Shown here: positions 46,095 to 55,587 of the stretch, one piece after another
Position numbering within the stretch: the stretch's first letter is position 1
Layout of the letters: every line of letters begins with the position of its first letter
Assembly (NCBI GenBank): GCA_001793945.1
Contig: MGIW01000005.1
Location: 57,923 to 121,922, forward strand
Direction: 5' to 3'
Length of the DNA: 64,000 nt
Source of the DNA: Candidatus Wolfebacteria bacterium RIFOXYD12_FULL_48_21
GTDB taxonomy: Bacteria > Patescibacteriota > Minisyncoccia > UBA6257 > UBA9933
Made by a program: the position numbers and the translations under genes
Notes under the pieces: model-generated
The model's database searches: none
The model's input: only the letters and a program-made list of their open reading frames with translations
What the model was told of the DNA's origin: nothing

Positions 46095-47855
46095 ATGTTT
46101 GATGATATGATGCGCACGATACATGACTCAAAGGAATTGTCGGTAGTATGGAAAAATCTCCGAAATAAGCAACGGGTCATTCGGGGTGCCGTTGTTGCGG
46201 TCATTGCGAGCATCATCGCGGCGGTATTGCCGTATCTCTATGGCCGGTTGGCGGACATCGCACTGGATGCACGGGCGAGCGTCACGCTTATGGCGACACT
46301 GGTCGTGCTTTGGTTGGTATTGTCCATCGTGCGCGATTGGATGGATCGGAGCAGTATATTCACGGCGGAAGAAATATCGGTTGAATTGTACGATGATCTG
46401 ACTGTCGAGTTTATGATGCATGTGGTTCGCTTGCCGCTCGAATTTCATAAAAGTAAAAAAATAGGCAAGGTCATGAGCCAAATCGCGCGTGGCGTGGACG
46501 ATATAAGCGACCTGTTCCGGGACATGTTCACATTTTTGCCCGCGATTATTTCGTTTGTGGCGGCGAATATTATTCTGCTGCTCGTTGAATGGCGTTTGAG
46601 TGTTATTTTGTCGGTTGCATGTGCGTCCTATGTCATGGTAACGCTCAAATATACCGAGCGCATAGGACGGGAGCAAAAGAAGATGCGAAAATACCGCAAC
46701 GCGGCACACGGAGAATTGCACGAAGCGGTCATGAATGTCGAGGCAATCAAGGCGACCACGAACGAGCGGTTTGAGAACACGCGACTGCGGAAGAAATTCA
46801 GAAAAGCGACAGACCTGTACATGCGGCACTTGGCCATTTGGCGGAGGCTCGAAGCGTGGCAAGGAAATATTTTGACGATAGGATTTATCATCGTATTTTC
46901 GATGGGCGTGTGGATGCTTCGCATGGGAACGATGACGCCGGGCAAGCTCATGATGTTCGTGGGATACATTGGGTTGTTGACCGGGCCGCTTTCGCAATTG
47001 GCAAACCAATATAGACAGGTAAAGATAGGGTGGGATGCGTTCAAAAGCGCGTTGGAATATTATGAAATGGAACCGGAGCGGGATGCGGAGGGTGCAAAAC
47101 CGTTGCGGGATGTTAAGGGGGAGGTTGTGTTCGAAGAAGTATCGTTCAGATATGAAAAAGGAAGAAGGATCCTTGAAGATGTTTCTTTTACGGCGCGTTC
47201 GGGAGAAACGGTTGCCGTGGTGGGGGGGAGCGGTGCGGGTAAATCGACACTACTTAGTTTGATCAGTCGGCATTACGCGCCGCAAAAGGGGCGTGTATTG
47301 ATCGACGGAACGGACATCATGACGGCAACGCTTGCATCTATTAGATCGCAGATAGCGATCGTGCCGCAGGAGGTCATGTTATTTAATAGTTCCATCAAGG
47401 AAAACATCCGCTATGGCAATAGACGGGCGACCGACGAGGAAGTATTCGCGGCGGCAACCGCAGCAAACGCCCATGTGTTCATAGAAAAGTTTCCGAAAGG
47501 ATACAACCAACCGGTGGGGGAGCGCGGCGTAAAACTATCGACCGGGCAAAAGCAACGGCTTGCGATCGCACGCGCCATCTTGCGGAATCCGAAGATATTG
47601 ATATTGGACGAAGCGACATCGGCACTCGATTCCGCTTCGGAAAAATTGGTTCAAGAGGCATTGGAGCGGCTTACGCGCAATCGCACGACATTTGTCATCG
47701 CGCATCGCTTGAGCACGATTAAAAACGCGAACAAGATAATCGTGTTTGAAAAAGGAACCATAACGGAACGCGGGACGCATGACGAACTGATGCAAAAGGA
47801 AGGAGGTTCCTATAGAAGATTTTGGGAACTGCAGACATCGGCGAATAAAAAATGA
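46095..47855 (+). CDS. ABC transporter, fused permease/ATP-binding exporter (ABCB/MsbA-like)
   Basis: 6-TM N-terminal domain. Walker A GGSGAGKST. Signature LSTGQKQRLAIARA. Walker B ILILDEATSALD. Confidence 0.85.
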   Translation: MFDDMMRTIHDSKELSVVWKNLRNKQRVIRGAVVAVIASIIAAVLPYLYGRLADIALDARASVTLMATLVVLWLVLSIVRDWMDRSSIFTAEEISVELYDDLTVEFMMHVVRLPLEFHKSKKIGKVMSQIARGVDDISDLFRDMFTFLPAIISFVAANIILLLVEWRLSVILSVACASYVMVTLKYTERIGREQKKMRKYRNAAHGELHEAVMNVEAIKATTNERFENTRLRKKFRKATDLYMRHLAIWRRLEAWQGNILTIGFIIVFSMGVWMLRMGTMTPGKLMMFVGYIGLLTGPLSQLANQYRQVKIGWDAFKSALEYYEMEPERDAEGAKPLRDVKGEVVFEEVSFRYEKGRRILEDVSFTARSGETVAVVGGSGAGKSTLLSLISRHYAPQKGRVLIDGTDIMTATLASIRSQIAIVPQEVMLFNSSIKENIRYGNRRATDEEVFAAATAANAHVFIEKFPKGYNQPVGERGVKLSTGQKQRLAIARAILRNPKILILDEATSALDSASEKLVQEALERLTRNRTTFVIAHRLSTIKNANKIIVFEKGTITERGTHDELMQKEGGSYRRFWELQTSANKK

Positions 47856-47957
47856 TCTATGGAGGTCATTTTTTGTTCGCATTCATTCGTGTAAAGGTGT
47901 ATAATGAATGTACTAATATATTTTAATAAAAGGTCGCGGAAATACGATACATACGAT

Positions 47958-48473
47958 ATGAAAAAACAATACATATGCATGCTCGCAGGATGTGTGGCAT
48001 TGCTGGGTTCAGCTGTGTTGGTCCATGCACAGGCGCCGACTTCGGTGCCCGGAACGGCTACGACGACTGCGGCGGCAAAAAAGGCCCGCTTGCAGGGGGC
48101 GGTTGCAGCCATGGAGCGCAATTTTGAGGTTAGGATAGCGGGCCTTGAAAGTCTTGCCGGGCGCATTCAAACGCGCATCGCGAAGATACAGATAGGTGGA
48201 AAGGATATGACGGCAGCCAGTGCCAAACTCGTAGCGGCGCAAAAATTGATCGCCGAAGCAAAAGCGGAATTGGCAAATTTGAAAAAGGCCGATACGACGA
48301 TGGTCGCTGCGGCAAAGCCGGCAACGGCATTCGGCAATGTAAAGAACAGATTTGCCAAGAATGTGACGGCAAAGATAAAAGCGGCCCATGCGGCGCTGGT
48401 CGAAACCATTGTCATTATGAAGGGTCAAGGGGCTTCGGGCTCGGCGACATCAAGCACCCCGACAGTTCAATAA
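47958..48473 (+). CDS. Hypothetical secreted protein
   Basis: Signal peptide MKKQYICMLAGCVALLGSAVLVHAQA, then an Ala-rich helical region. Confidence 0.4.
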   Translation: MKKQYICMLAGCVALLGSAVLVHAQAPTSVPGTATTTAAAKKARLQGAVAAMERNFEVRIAGLESLAGRIQTRIAKIQIGGKDMTAASAKLVAAQKLIAEAKAELANLKKADTTMVAAAKPATAFGNVKNRFAKNVTAKIKAAHAALVETIVIMKGQGASGSATSSTPTVQ

Positions 48474-48491
48474 TCAATAAAAAAATAGACC

Positions 48492-49094
48492 ATGGATAAT
48501 TTTGAGATGGAAAAAAACACCACGCCGGCAGCGGAAGGGTCTGCACCAGTACAACCGCCGGTAGCAACGCCGGCACCGGCACCCATGCCAGCCGCCGCAC
48601 CCGTAGAGCCGACGCCAATGGTTCCGCCGATGTCGCAACAGTCTACGGCTATGCCGTCTGCGCCGAGCGAGCCGATTGCTCCGATGGTGCAACCGGTAGA
48701 GTCCGCTGTACCACAGGCTGATATGCGCATGGAAACGCCGATAGAACCGATCATGCGACCGATCGATCTTTCGGCACATGAAGGAACGACACCGCAGGCA
48801 AGCGCATCAATGGATAAGGGAAAAAAGAAATTGATCATCATTGCCATCGTTATTGTTGCAGGGTTGGTCGCAGGAGTAGGAGGATTCTTCATATGGAGAA
48901 TGATGAATACTCCGGCGGAAGTCATTCCGGCAACGGAGCAGATGACACCCGAAGCGGTGACTCCGCCAGTTGCGGTGCCGGCGCTTGAGGTTGATGACAT
49001 ATCGGTCATCGAAAAAGAACTCAGCGCGTTTACTGCAACGGATATCGACAAAGAGGCGCAAAGTAGCCTTGATGCGATCAACTCGGCGCTTTGA
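48492..49094 (+). CDS. Hypothetical Pro/Ala-rich single-pass membrane protein
   Basis: A low-complexity Pro/Ala N-terminal region followed by a TM helix (LIIIAIVIVAGLVAGVGGFFIW). Confidence 0.35.
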   Translation: MDNFEMEKNTTPAAEGSAPVQPPVATPAPAPMPAAAPVEPTPMVPPMSQQSTAMPSAPSEPIAPMVQPVESAVPQADMRMETPIEPIMRPIDLSAHEGTTPQASASMDKGKKKLIIIAIVIVAGLVAGVGGFFIWRMMNTPAEVIPATEQMTPEAVTPPVAVPALEVDDISVIEKELSAFTATDIDKEAQSSLDAINSAL

Positions 49095-49143
49095 GTTTGT
49101 TGCGTTGAAAACGCCGATAGTGTATACTGTAATGGTATGTTAA

Positions 49144-49172
49144 AGAACCGCCTGTGAGGGGCGGTTTTTTTG
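49144..49172 (+). terminator. Rho-independent terminator (the same hairpin recurs after serS)
   Basis: aaccgcctgtgaggggcggttttttt. An identical stem-loop lies at 58858-58880. Confidence 0.65.
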
Positions 49173-49261
49173 TGGCTATGGGAGTTTGACAGGGCTTACG
49201 ATTATTTGTATGGTATCGTTAGCTGTTAAACAATTATTTATTGACCAAGCGGAGGGGGATC

Positions 49262-49630
49262 ATGAGCAAGAAGGTTTTAGTGGTGGATGATTCGTTGTCC
49301 ATGCGGGAGTTTTTGTCGCTCCTGCTACTGACGGAGCTGAAGAATCTCGACATCGAGGTTACGACGGCCAGCGATGGCTGGACGGCGTTCGATGCGATAG
49401 GCAAGATGAGCTTTGACCTCGTGCTGACCGACAACAACATGCCGGGTATGCAAGGAGCGGAGCTGGTGGTCGCAGTGCATGACCTTGGCTGCAAGACCCC
49501 GTTTATCATGGTCACCGGCGACGAAGAAAATGATGTTCCTCCTGTCGCAAAAAAGATGTTGAAGGCGTTCGTGCCTAAGCCGTTTTTAGTGGATGATTTT
49601 TTGGAGTTAATAAGGGAAACGCTGCAGTGA
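49262..49630 (+). CDS. Response regulator receiver-domain protein (CheY-like, single domain)
   Basis: VLVVDDS...LTDNNMPGMQG...KPF. Only a receiver domain; no output domain. Confidence 0.7.
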   Translation: MSKKVLVVDDSLSMREFLSLLLLTELKNLDIEVTTASDGWTAFDAIGKMSFDLVLTDNNMPGMQGAELVVAVHDLGCKTPFIMVTGDEENDVPPVAKKMLKAFVPKPFLVDDFLELIRETLQ

Positions 49631-49688
49631 TCTGCAGTTTGCCCCGCAAAAAAGCCCCCGTGTTTGGGGGCCTTTTATTTCATGTCCG

Positions 49689-49895
49689 TTATTTTGCAAG
49701 CTCGGTTTCCATGAACGAGATCCAATCTTGGGTCTCTTTTTTGTTTGCGGCAAGCTTGGCCATCTCGTCGAGAATATGCTTGTGCTGCTCCTCTCCGTAT
49801 TTCTTTTGCAGATATGTTTCGGTGAGTTCGATGCGGATCAGGGATTCCTTTGCATTATCGAGGAACTCCTGTACTATTTCTTGTTTGGTTTTCAT
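49689..49895 (-). CDS. Hypothetical small protein
   Basis: 68-aa ORF between two terminator-like hairpins. Confidence 0.3.
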   Translation of the reverse strand: MKTKQEIVQEFLDNAKESLIRIELTETYLQKKYGEEQHKHILDEMAKLAANKKETQDWISFMETELAK

Positions 49896-50146
49896 AGGTT
49901 TTTAGTATAGCGGAAAATGGTCATTTTGCAAATCGAATAATGGTGTGTAAGCGGGGAATATAAGGAATTGTCATTCCGACCGTATCCGTCAGCTGACGGA
50001 GGAGTGGAGGAATCTGCAGGCGGGCTCAGATCCCTTTGTAGTCCATTTGGCAGACTCAAGGCATGGCTTCCCCAGATGATAGAAATGGTAGTTTTAAATT
50101 CGTTGTGGGTTGTAGGTTGTCGGTCGTTGGTTTACAATTGGGTAAT

Positions 50147-51577
50147 ATGTTGAAGATCTACGATCCGATAGGCAAAAGGAATAGGGAATTCGAAGCGATC
50201 GACCCGGAAAAGGTTGGTCTTTACGGGTGCGGCCCGACCGTGTATGACCATGTGCATGTGGGCAATTTACGCGCCTATGTGTTTGTCGACCTGTTGAAGC
50301 GATATCTGCGGTATAGCGGGTACGATGTGCGACATGTTATGAACATAACCGATGTGGACGACAAGACCATCAAAGGAAGTCGCGCGGCGGGTAGATCGTT
50401 GAAGGAGTTTACTGAAAAATATTTGACGGCGTTTCTGGAAGATCTCGAAAAGGTGAACATCGAACTTCCGGATGTAATGCCCAAGGCGACCGACCATATT
50501 GAAGAAATGGTCGTACTTATAGAACAGCTATTGGAAAAAGGCTATGCATATCGGGTTGAAGGTTCTGTTTATTTTCGCATCGCCCGGTTTCCGAAGTATG
50601 GCGAACTGGTCGGGTTGGAAAAGCAGGAACTGAAGAAAGATGCCGATGGGCGTCTTGGCAACGCCGATGAATATGGAAAGGAAGAAGCAAATGATTTTGT
50701 GCTGTGGAAGGGATATCGCGAAGAGGATGGCGATGTGTATTGGGATACCCGCATAGGCAAGGGCAGGCCGGGCTGGCACATAGAATGCTCGGCTATGGCC
50801 ATGAAGTACCTGGGGGAAACACTCGACATCCACTGCGGCGGCGTCGACCTGATGTTCCCGCATCATGTGAACGAAATAGCGCAGTCGGAGGCGGCAACAG
50901 GGAAGACATTTGTGAATAATTGGATGCACAATGCGCATGTGATCATCGACGGGCAGAAAATGTCCAAATCGCTCGGCAACGCATATACCGTGCGGGACTT
51001 GATGGAAAAAGGATATGATCCGCTCCTGTTGCGCATAATCCTGCTGAAGACGCATTATCGCGCGGTGATCAATTTTACCCTCGAAGATTTTGTGCAGGTG
51101 CGGGCAATGGCTGATAGGTTCGAGGAGTTCATGCTGCATATAGACAATGTGATCAATGTCGAATACAACGAAGTCGACATCGAGGCGCTGATCGTGGAGT
51201 ATCGTGGCAAGTTCATTGAAGCGATGGACGATGACCTGAATATCAGTGGGGCTTTTGCGGCGGTGTTTGATTTTATGAATGAGGTCAACGGGCACATGGA
51301 CGAGCTCAACACCGAGCAGGCGAAGAACATAAAGATATGCATATTTGAAATAGACGAGGTACTCGGATTTATTCGGGAGTTGTATGATCGATATCGTATG
51401 GAATTGACCAAGCGGATAGACGAAGCAAATGCGGATGAGCTGGTAAAGCAACGCAACGAAGCACGCAAGGCTGGCGATTATGCGAAAGCGGACGAGATTC
51501 GGGATACATTGACCAAGCACGGGATTGAATTAAAAGACGGAACCCACGGGACGATTATCGCTCTTATTAAACTTTGA
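50147..51577 (+). CDS. cysS: Cysteinyl-tRNA synthetase
   Basis: HIGH region CGPTVYDHVHVGN. KMSKSLGN. A start at the ATG at 50147 (MLKIYDP) is preferred. Confidence 0.9.
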   Translation: MLKIYDPIGKRNREFEAIDPEKVGLYGCGPTVYDHVHVGNLRAYVFVDLLKRYLRYSGYDVRHVMNITDVDDKTIKGSRAAGRSLKEFTEKYLTAFLEDLEKVNIELPDVMPKATDHIEEMVVLIEQLLEKGYAYRVEGSVYFRIARFPKYGELVGLEKQELKKDADGRLGNADEYGKEEANDFVLWKGYREEDGDVYWDTRIGKGRPGWHIECSAMAMKYLGETLDIHCGGVDLMFPHHVNEIAQSEAATGKTFVNNWMHNAHVIIDGQKMSKSLGNAYTVRDLMEKGYDPLLLRIILLKTHYRAVINFTLEDFVQVRAMADRFEEFMLHIDNVINVEYNEVDIEALIVEYRGKFIEAMDDDLNISGAFAAVFDFMNEVNGHMDELNTEQAKNIKICIFEIDEVLGFIRELYDRYRMELTKRIDEANADELVKQRNEARKAGDYAKADEIRDTLTKHGIELKDGTHGTIIALIKL

Positions 51578-51593
51578 ATTACGAAACTCGCTT

Positions 51594-51673
51594 TGTCATT
51601 CTGATCCGCCAGCCGGCGGATTCAGAATCTGATTGATATCGCTAAGAGATCCTGAAATAAATTCAGGATGACA
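51594..51673. repeat. Palindromic repeat element
   Basis: ttgtcattctgatccgccagccggcggattcagaatctg...tcaggatgacag. Confidence 0.75.
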
Positions 51674-51722
51674 GTGCTATTTTAAAGCAGCAAATGGAGT
51701 TTCGTAATCCAAAGTATTAAAT

Positions 51723-51754
51723 AAAAAATACCCGCCATCCGGCGGGTATTTTTT
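51723..51754. terminator. Bidirectional terminator between cysS and the convergent membrane-protein gene
   Basis: aaaaaatacccgccatccggcgggtattttttat. Confidence 0.65.
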
Positions 51755-52331
51755 ATAGCAGTTGAGCGGCGTGAATGATAAGGAAAATGCCGGCCACATT
51801 GAGAAAGAATACAAGAAGGATGAACTTCCATTGTTTGACATGGGAAAGTCCGAGGATACTCACACCGACTTCGTCGGGGAATGGCGACGCCACGATGATG
51901 GCACCGATGATCGGCGTAAGCCATAGGAAATACGGGGTATGAAAGAGCTGATACAGGGTGGTAGAGCCTTCAAGCTTTTTGAAAAGCGGCTTTAGCTCTT
52001 CGGTAATGCCATCGCGAACGAATCGAAAGAGAAGAAAATCGCCCGCGACCGATCCGATGCCCGCGACTAATGCGATCGTAAATGGGGAGTAAATCGCGGT
52101 GAACTCATACAAAATGGCGAGCGCCGGCGCGACGGTAAAGGTAAAAACATAAAACATGCCGACGATAAACATGCCCGGGTATCCCCATGTGCCGACATTA
52201 GTAACGATGTCATGTACGAATTGTGTTTCGGCAATAAAAAAGAAAAGTACAAGACTCGCGGCCAACAGTCCGGTATTGCGGTATTTCCATGCGCGATAAT
52301 AGGCAAGCGGATGGGGAAGGTGGACATTCAT
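51753..52331 (-). CDS. Hypothetical polytopic membrane protein
   Basis: About 5 TM helices. A start at the internal Met (MNVHLP) is preferred over the longer track ORF, which would overlap the DUF378 gene. Confidence 0.35.
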   Translation of the reverse strand: MNVHLPHPLAYYRAWKYRNTGLLAASLVLFFFIAETQFVHDIVTNVGTWGYPGMFIVGMFYVFTFTVAPALAILYEFTAIYSPFTIALVAGIGSVAGDFLLFRFVRDGITEELKPLFKKLEGSTTLYQLFHTPYFLWLTPIIGAIIVASPFPDEVGVSILGLSHVKQWKFILLVFFLNVAGIFLIIHAAQLL

Positions 52332-52416
52332 GGGTATATGCACAAGTATACTACGAACGGAACGGGAGGAAAAGGAAACATAAAAAACCCTCGCGGGTTC
52401 TTTATGGTGTAGTGGG

Positions 52417-52653
52417 TCACATCGTTTGTCCCGATGCAGGCATTTCGGCGGAGCAGACTTTGCAATCCTTTTTGTGGGTTGCTGCGACTGCAATGGCGGA
52501 AAGACCAACGAGAATATAGATGATGCGGGAAAGAATGGCTTCTTGGCTTCCGAACAGCAGCATGCCGATATCCCACTTGAATATTCCGACCAAGAGCCAA
52601 TTAAGGCCGCCGATCACGAGCAATGCAAATGTGATGTAGTGGAGTACTTTCAT
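52417..52653 (-). CDS. DUF378-family small membrane protein
   Basis: ALLVIGGLNWLLVGIF...SRIIYILVGLSAIA matches the DUF378 pattern. Confidence 0.55.
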   Translation of the reverse strand: MKVLHYITFALLVIGGLNWLLVGIFKWDIGMLLFGSQEAILSRIIYILVGLSAIAVAATHKKDCKVCSAEMPASGQTM

Positions 52654-52836
52654 GGTAGCAACAAACAACGAACAACTGGCTACCGACAACAATCATTATA
52701 CACGCGTTGGTATATTGCGTTGTGGGTTATAGGTTATAGGTTGTCGGTTATTTTGCCGACCTTTTATATAAGTATACCACGGGACGGGAAAAAGGAGTAT
52801 AATAGGGAAAAGGTCATTAATATATTCACAAACAAT

Positions 52837-53220
52837 ATGGAAAGAAAAGAAGATATGTGTGGTATGTGCGAGGGAAGTGCATGTGGGCAGTGCGATATGC
52901 GCCCTATGCAGGAAGAGGGCAGCCAGTGCGGCATGGGTTGCCAACAGATGTACGGTATGCGATGTGGCGGGAGACACTTCCTGCTTCGTTGGATTCTTGG
53001 CATCTTGATCCTCGTGGTCGTATTCGTTGCGGGCCTCAAGCTCGGCGAGTTCAAAGAGCGCGCATGGGGTGGTAGCTATGGCGGACGCATGATGGAACGC
53101 AATCTCGACAAAATGTCGGGCTACGGCATGATGCAGTACCGCGACGATGTCGATGCGTACTATCGTTCCGGCATGATGCGCGGAGCGGGGGCTGGCGTTC
53201 CAGCGGCTCCGGTTCAATAA
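52837..53220 (+). CDS. Hypothetical Cys-rich / Met-rich small membrane protein
   Basis: CGMC, CGQC and CGMGC motifs, a TM helix, then a Met/Gly/Tyr-rich tail with MM pairs. Confidence 0.35.
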   Translation: MERKEDMCGMCEGSACGQCDMRPMQEEGSQCGMGCQQMYGMRCGGRHFLLRWILGILILVVVFVAGLKLGEFKERAWGGSYGGRMMERNLDKMSGYGMMQYRDDVDAYYRSGMMRGAGAGVPAAPVQ

Positions 53221-53227
53221 GAACACA

Positions 53228-53262
53228 AAAAAACAGCCCCTTGCGTGGCTGTTTTTTTGTGT
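53228..53262. terminator. Bidirectional terminator (long inverted repeat)
   Basis: gaacacaaaaaaacagccccttgcgtggctgtttttttgtgttc. Confidence 0.65.
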
Positions 53263-53272
53263 TCTATTTGGG

Positions 53273-53734
53273 TTACTCGAATGGGAATAGTTCAAACCCT
53301 TCTTCGCCATACAGTTCTTCATTAAAGAACTTGATCGTCGTGGGGCGTATCTTGTACGCGCGTGATTTGAGGATCTTATTGCGGAAGTTATTAATGCTGA
53401 TAATCGCCTCCATGCCCGGATTCGTGGAGTTCCATAGGTTAATGATCGCGTCGAATTGTTCAAGGCCGCTGACATCTTCCACAATTCCCTTTATTTGTGC
53501 CCCGATTTTCTTTGCGCTTACGACTTGGTGCGAATCGGCGATGACGCAGGCAACATGCGGATCTTTTGCGATGTTGGTGCAGTGTTCGCTATCCGGTTCG
53601 CTAATGAAATAAAAACTAAAATCCCCATCGACGGCAAAGTAGACGGCGCAGTTGGCAGGGGCCTCGCCATAAGTGGCAAGCGACATAAGATTTTGCGACT
53701 TCAGATATGCGTGAAGAGATTCCTTGTTTGTCAT
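53273..53734 (-). CDS. Pyridoxamine 5'-phosphate oxidase-like FMN-binding protein
   Basis: LMSLATYGEAPANCAVYFAVDGDFSFYFIS...VACVIAD split-barrel pattern. Confidence 0.5.
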   Translation of the reverse strand: MTNKESLHAYLKSQNLMSLATYGEAPANCAVYFAVDGDFSFYFISEPDSEHCTNIAKDPHVACVIADSHQVVSAKKIGAQIKGIVEDVSGLEQFDAIINLWNSTNPGMEAIISINNFRNKILKSRAYKIRPTTIKFFNEELYGEEGFELFPFE

Positions 53735-53979
53735 TGTTATGATAATAGCATAAAAAATAAAACTAAAAAATGGGTGCGTTGCGGCCTAAAGAGAGCCTAA
53801 AGGGGTCAGGTACCTTTAATTTGTCACATGGCCCTTGTAAAATAACACAAGGCAACCCATCGAATAGCTAAAAGCCATGAGCGAGTCGAACGGTTTGCCC
53901 TGTGATAACGCAAAAAAGCCCCTTCAAGAGGGGCTGATTTTACGGGGCTAAAAGCTATGAGCGAGTGAAACGAGTCGAA

Positions 53980-54053
53980 TGGCTGGGGGACAGGGATTCG
54001 GACCCCGATTCGCGGCTTCAAAGGCCGATGTCCTACCATTAGACGATCCCCCA
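53980..54053 (-). tRNA. tRNA-Gln (anticodon TTG), CCA encoded
   Basis: U1-A72 pair and a 3-bp D-stem, as in bacterial tRNA-Gln. Loop CTTTGAA. Ends CAGCCA. Confidence 0.8.
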
Positions 54054-54112
54054 AAATTTACTTATCAGCCCATTCTATCACACCTTTTGACCATTCCGCA
54101 AATAGTACGAAT

Positions 54113-54147
54113 AATTTAAAATTTCAAATTATAAATTTAAAATTTAT
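54113..54147. repeat. AT-rich AAATTTAAAATT-type motif copy
   Basis: aatttaaaatttcaaattataaatttaaaattt. Confidence 0.6.
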
Positions 54148-54202
54148 CGGTGTGGATAAAGGAACTTGCAATAAAAGGCGCGAAAGGTGGTATAATGGAT
54201 AT

Positions 54203-55189
54203 ATGAATAAATATATCATTGTAATTATGGCGACGATGCTATTTGCGGCAAATGCATCGGCGCAAGAAGCGACCACTACGACAGCCACTACCGTTACGGC
54301 GACAACCGCGCCTTCGGCAACATCCGTCCCGCCGGTTAGGAAAACGCTGATCCAGGATGCGCTGGATGCAAATAGGGTATTGCGACAAGATGCGCTTCGT
54401 GAGGCGGAGGAGATGAAACAAGGACTCCGCGAAACAAACGAAGCGTCCCGCGAGGGAGTGCACACACTGCAGGAGGGGATCCGAAAAGAACTGGAACAGA
54501 AACGCGAAGAGATTCGCGGCGGCATTGCCACATCATCGCGTGAAGAGCTGCGCAAGACCATGGAAGAACAGCGCGAAGCGGTAAAGCAAAAGATGGAGCA
54601 GGTAAGGAAAGAAATCGAAGCGCGGCGCGAAGCGTTTAAGGACGCGATGGAAGCAAAGCGCGAAGAAGTAAAGCGCACGATAGAAGCGCGACGCGAAGAG
54701 CTGAAAACGAAGCTCGAAGCGATCCGCGATGAAAGAAAGCGCACCGCGGTAGAAACGATCGACAAGCGATTTGAAGAAATAAATGCGAACAGGCTCGAGC
54801 ATTTCTCCAATGCGGTGGATCAGCTGGAAAAGGTGTTGCAAAGCGTAGAATCGCGAACTGCAAAGGCAGAGGAAGCAGGGAAGGATGTTTCGACGGTAAA
54901 GACAGCCATTACGGCGGCGAAAACGGCCATTACGGCGGCACGCGCGGCTATCGTAGCGCAGTCAGCAAAGACATATGTGCCGACCATCGGACAAGAAGAC
55001 GCATTGCGCGCCGATGTGGGTAAAACGCGCCAAGCATTGCAAGCGGATCTGAAGGTTGTGCAGGATGCGGTACGCGCAGTGCAGGAAGCCATCCGCAAGG
55101 CAGCCACCGACCTGGCAAAGATTCCGGGTGTGAACACGGTCGACATTCCGGCGACGGCAACATCGACGGCAACTTCAACTAACCAATAA
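54203..55189 (+). CDS. Hypothetical secreted coiled-coil protein with EARRE/KREE-type repeats
   Basis: Signal peptide MNKYIIVIMATMLFAANASA, followed by repetitive charged helical repeats. The antisense Ser-rich ORF at 54124-54810 is judged spurious. Confidence 0.5.
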   Translation: MNKYIIVIMATMLFAANASAQEATTTTATTVTATTAPSATSVPPVRKTLIQDALDANRVLRQDALREAEEMKQGLRETNEASREGVHTLQEGIRKELEQKREEIRGGIATSSREELRKTMEEQREAVKQKMEQVRKEIEARREAFKDAMEAKREEVKRTIEARREELKTKLEAIRDERKRTAVETIDKRFEEINANRLEHFSNAVDQLEKVLQSVESRTAKAEEAGKDVSTVKTAITAAKTAITAARAAIVAQSAKTYVPTIGQEDALRADVGKTRQALQADLKVVQDAVRAVQEAIRKAATDLAKIPGVNTVDIPATATSTATSTNQ

Positions 55190-55197
55190 TACGATCT

Positions 55198-55410
55198 ATG
55201 AATAAAAAGAACTATGCGATCATTGCGATAATCCTTGTTGCCATTGTGGCCGGATTCATATGGTGGAGCGGCAGGCAAATGGACCAACTTCCGGAAACCA
55301 TAGCGCCGGCCGATACGACCGATGCCATTCAAGCGGAATTGGACGGCATTGACATAGGCGAGCTTGACGCCGAGTTTGCCGATGTTGACGAAGTGATCAA
55401 AGGACTGTAA
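55198..55410 (+). CDS. Hypothetical small membrane protein
   Basis: 70 aa with an N-terminal TM helix and an acidic tail. Terminator at 55422-55449. Confidence 0.35.
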   Translation: MNKKNYAIIAIILVAIVAGFIWWSGRQMDQLPETIAPADTTDAIQAELDGIDIGELDAEFADVDEVIKGL

Positions 55411-55587
55411 AAAGCAGCATAAAAACACCCCGTGACGGGGTGTTTTTGTTGTATTGTCATTCCCGCGGAAGCGGGAATCCACTTCAATTTCATGCGAAGT
55501 GCATAATGTAATAATTATAGATGCGCGTACCGCATAAAAGTGTAATGGATTCCGGCTCGGAGGCCGGAATGACAGAAAGAAATCGTA

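Noticed and set aside
49900-50146. T-box or other leader riboswitch upstream of cysS, and likewise upstream of ileS and serS.
   Set aside because: Leaders are short (under 150 nt) and mostly occupied by repeat-family hairpins. No specifier-loop or T-box (AGGGUGGNACCGCG) sequence was seen.
54124-54810. 228-aa Ser-rich minus-strand ORF overlapping the secreted coiled-coil gene.
   Set aside because: A low-complexity poly-Ser translation on the antisense strand of a Glu/Arg-rich repeat gene. The plus-strand gene has a signal peptide and a coherent repeat structure.
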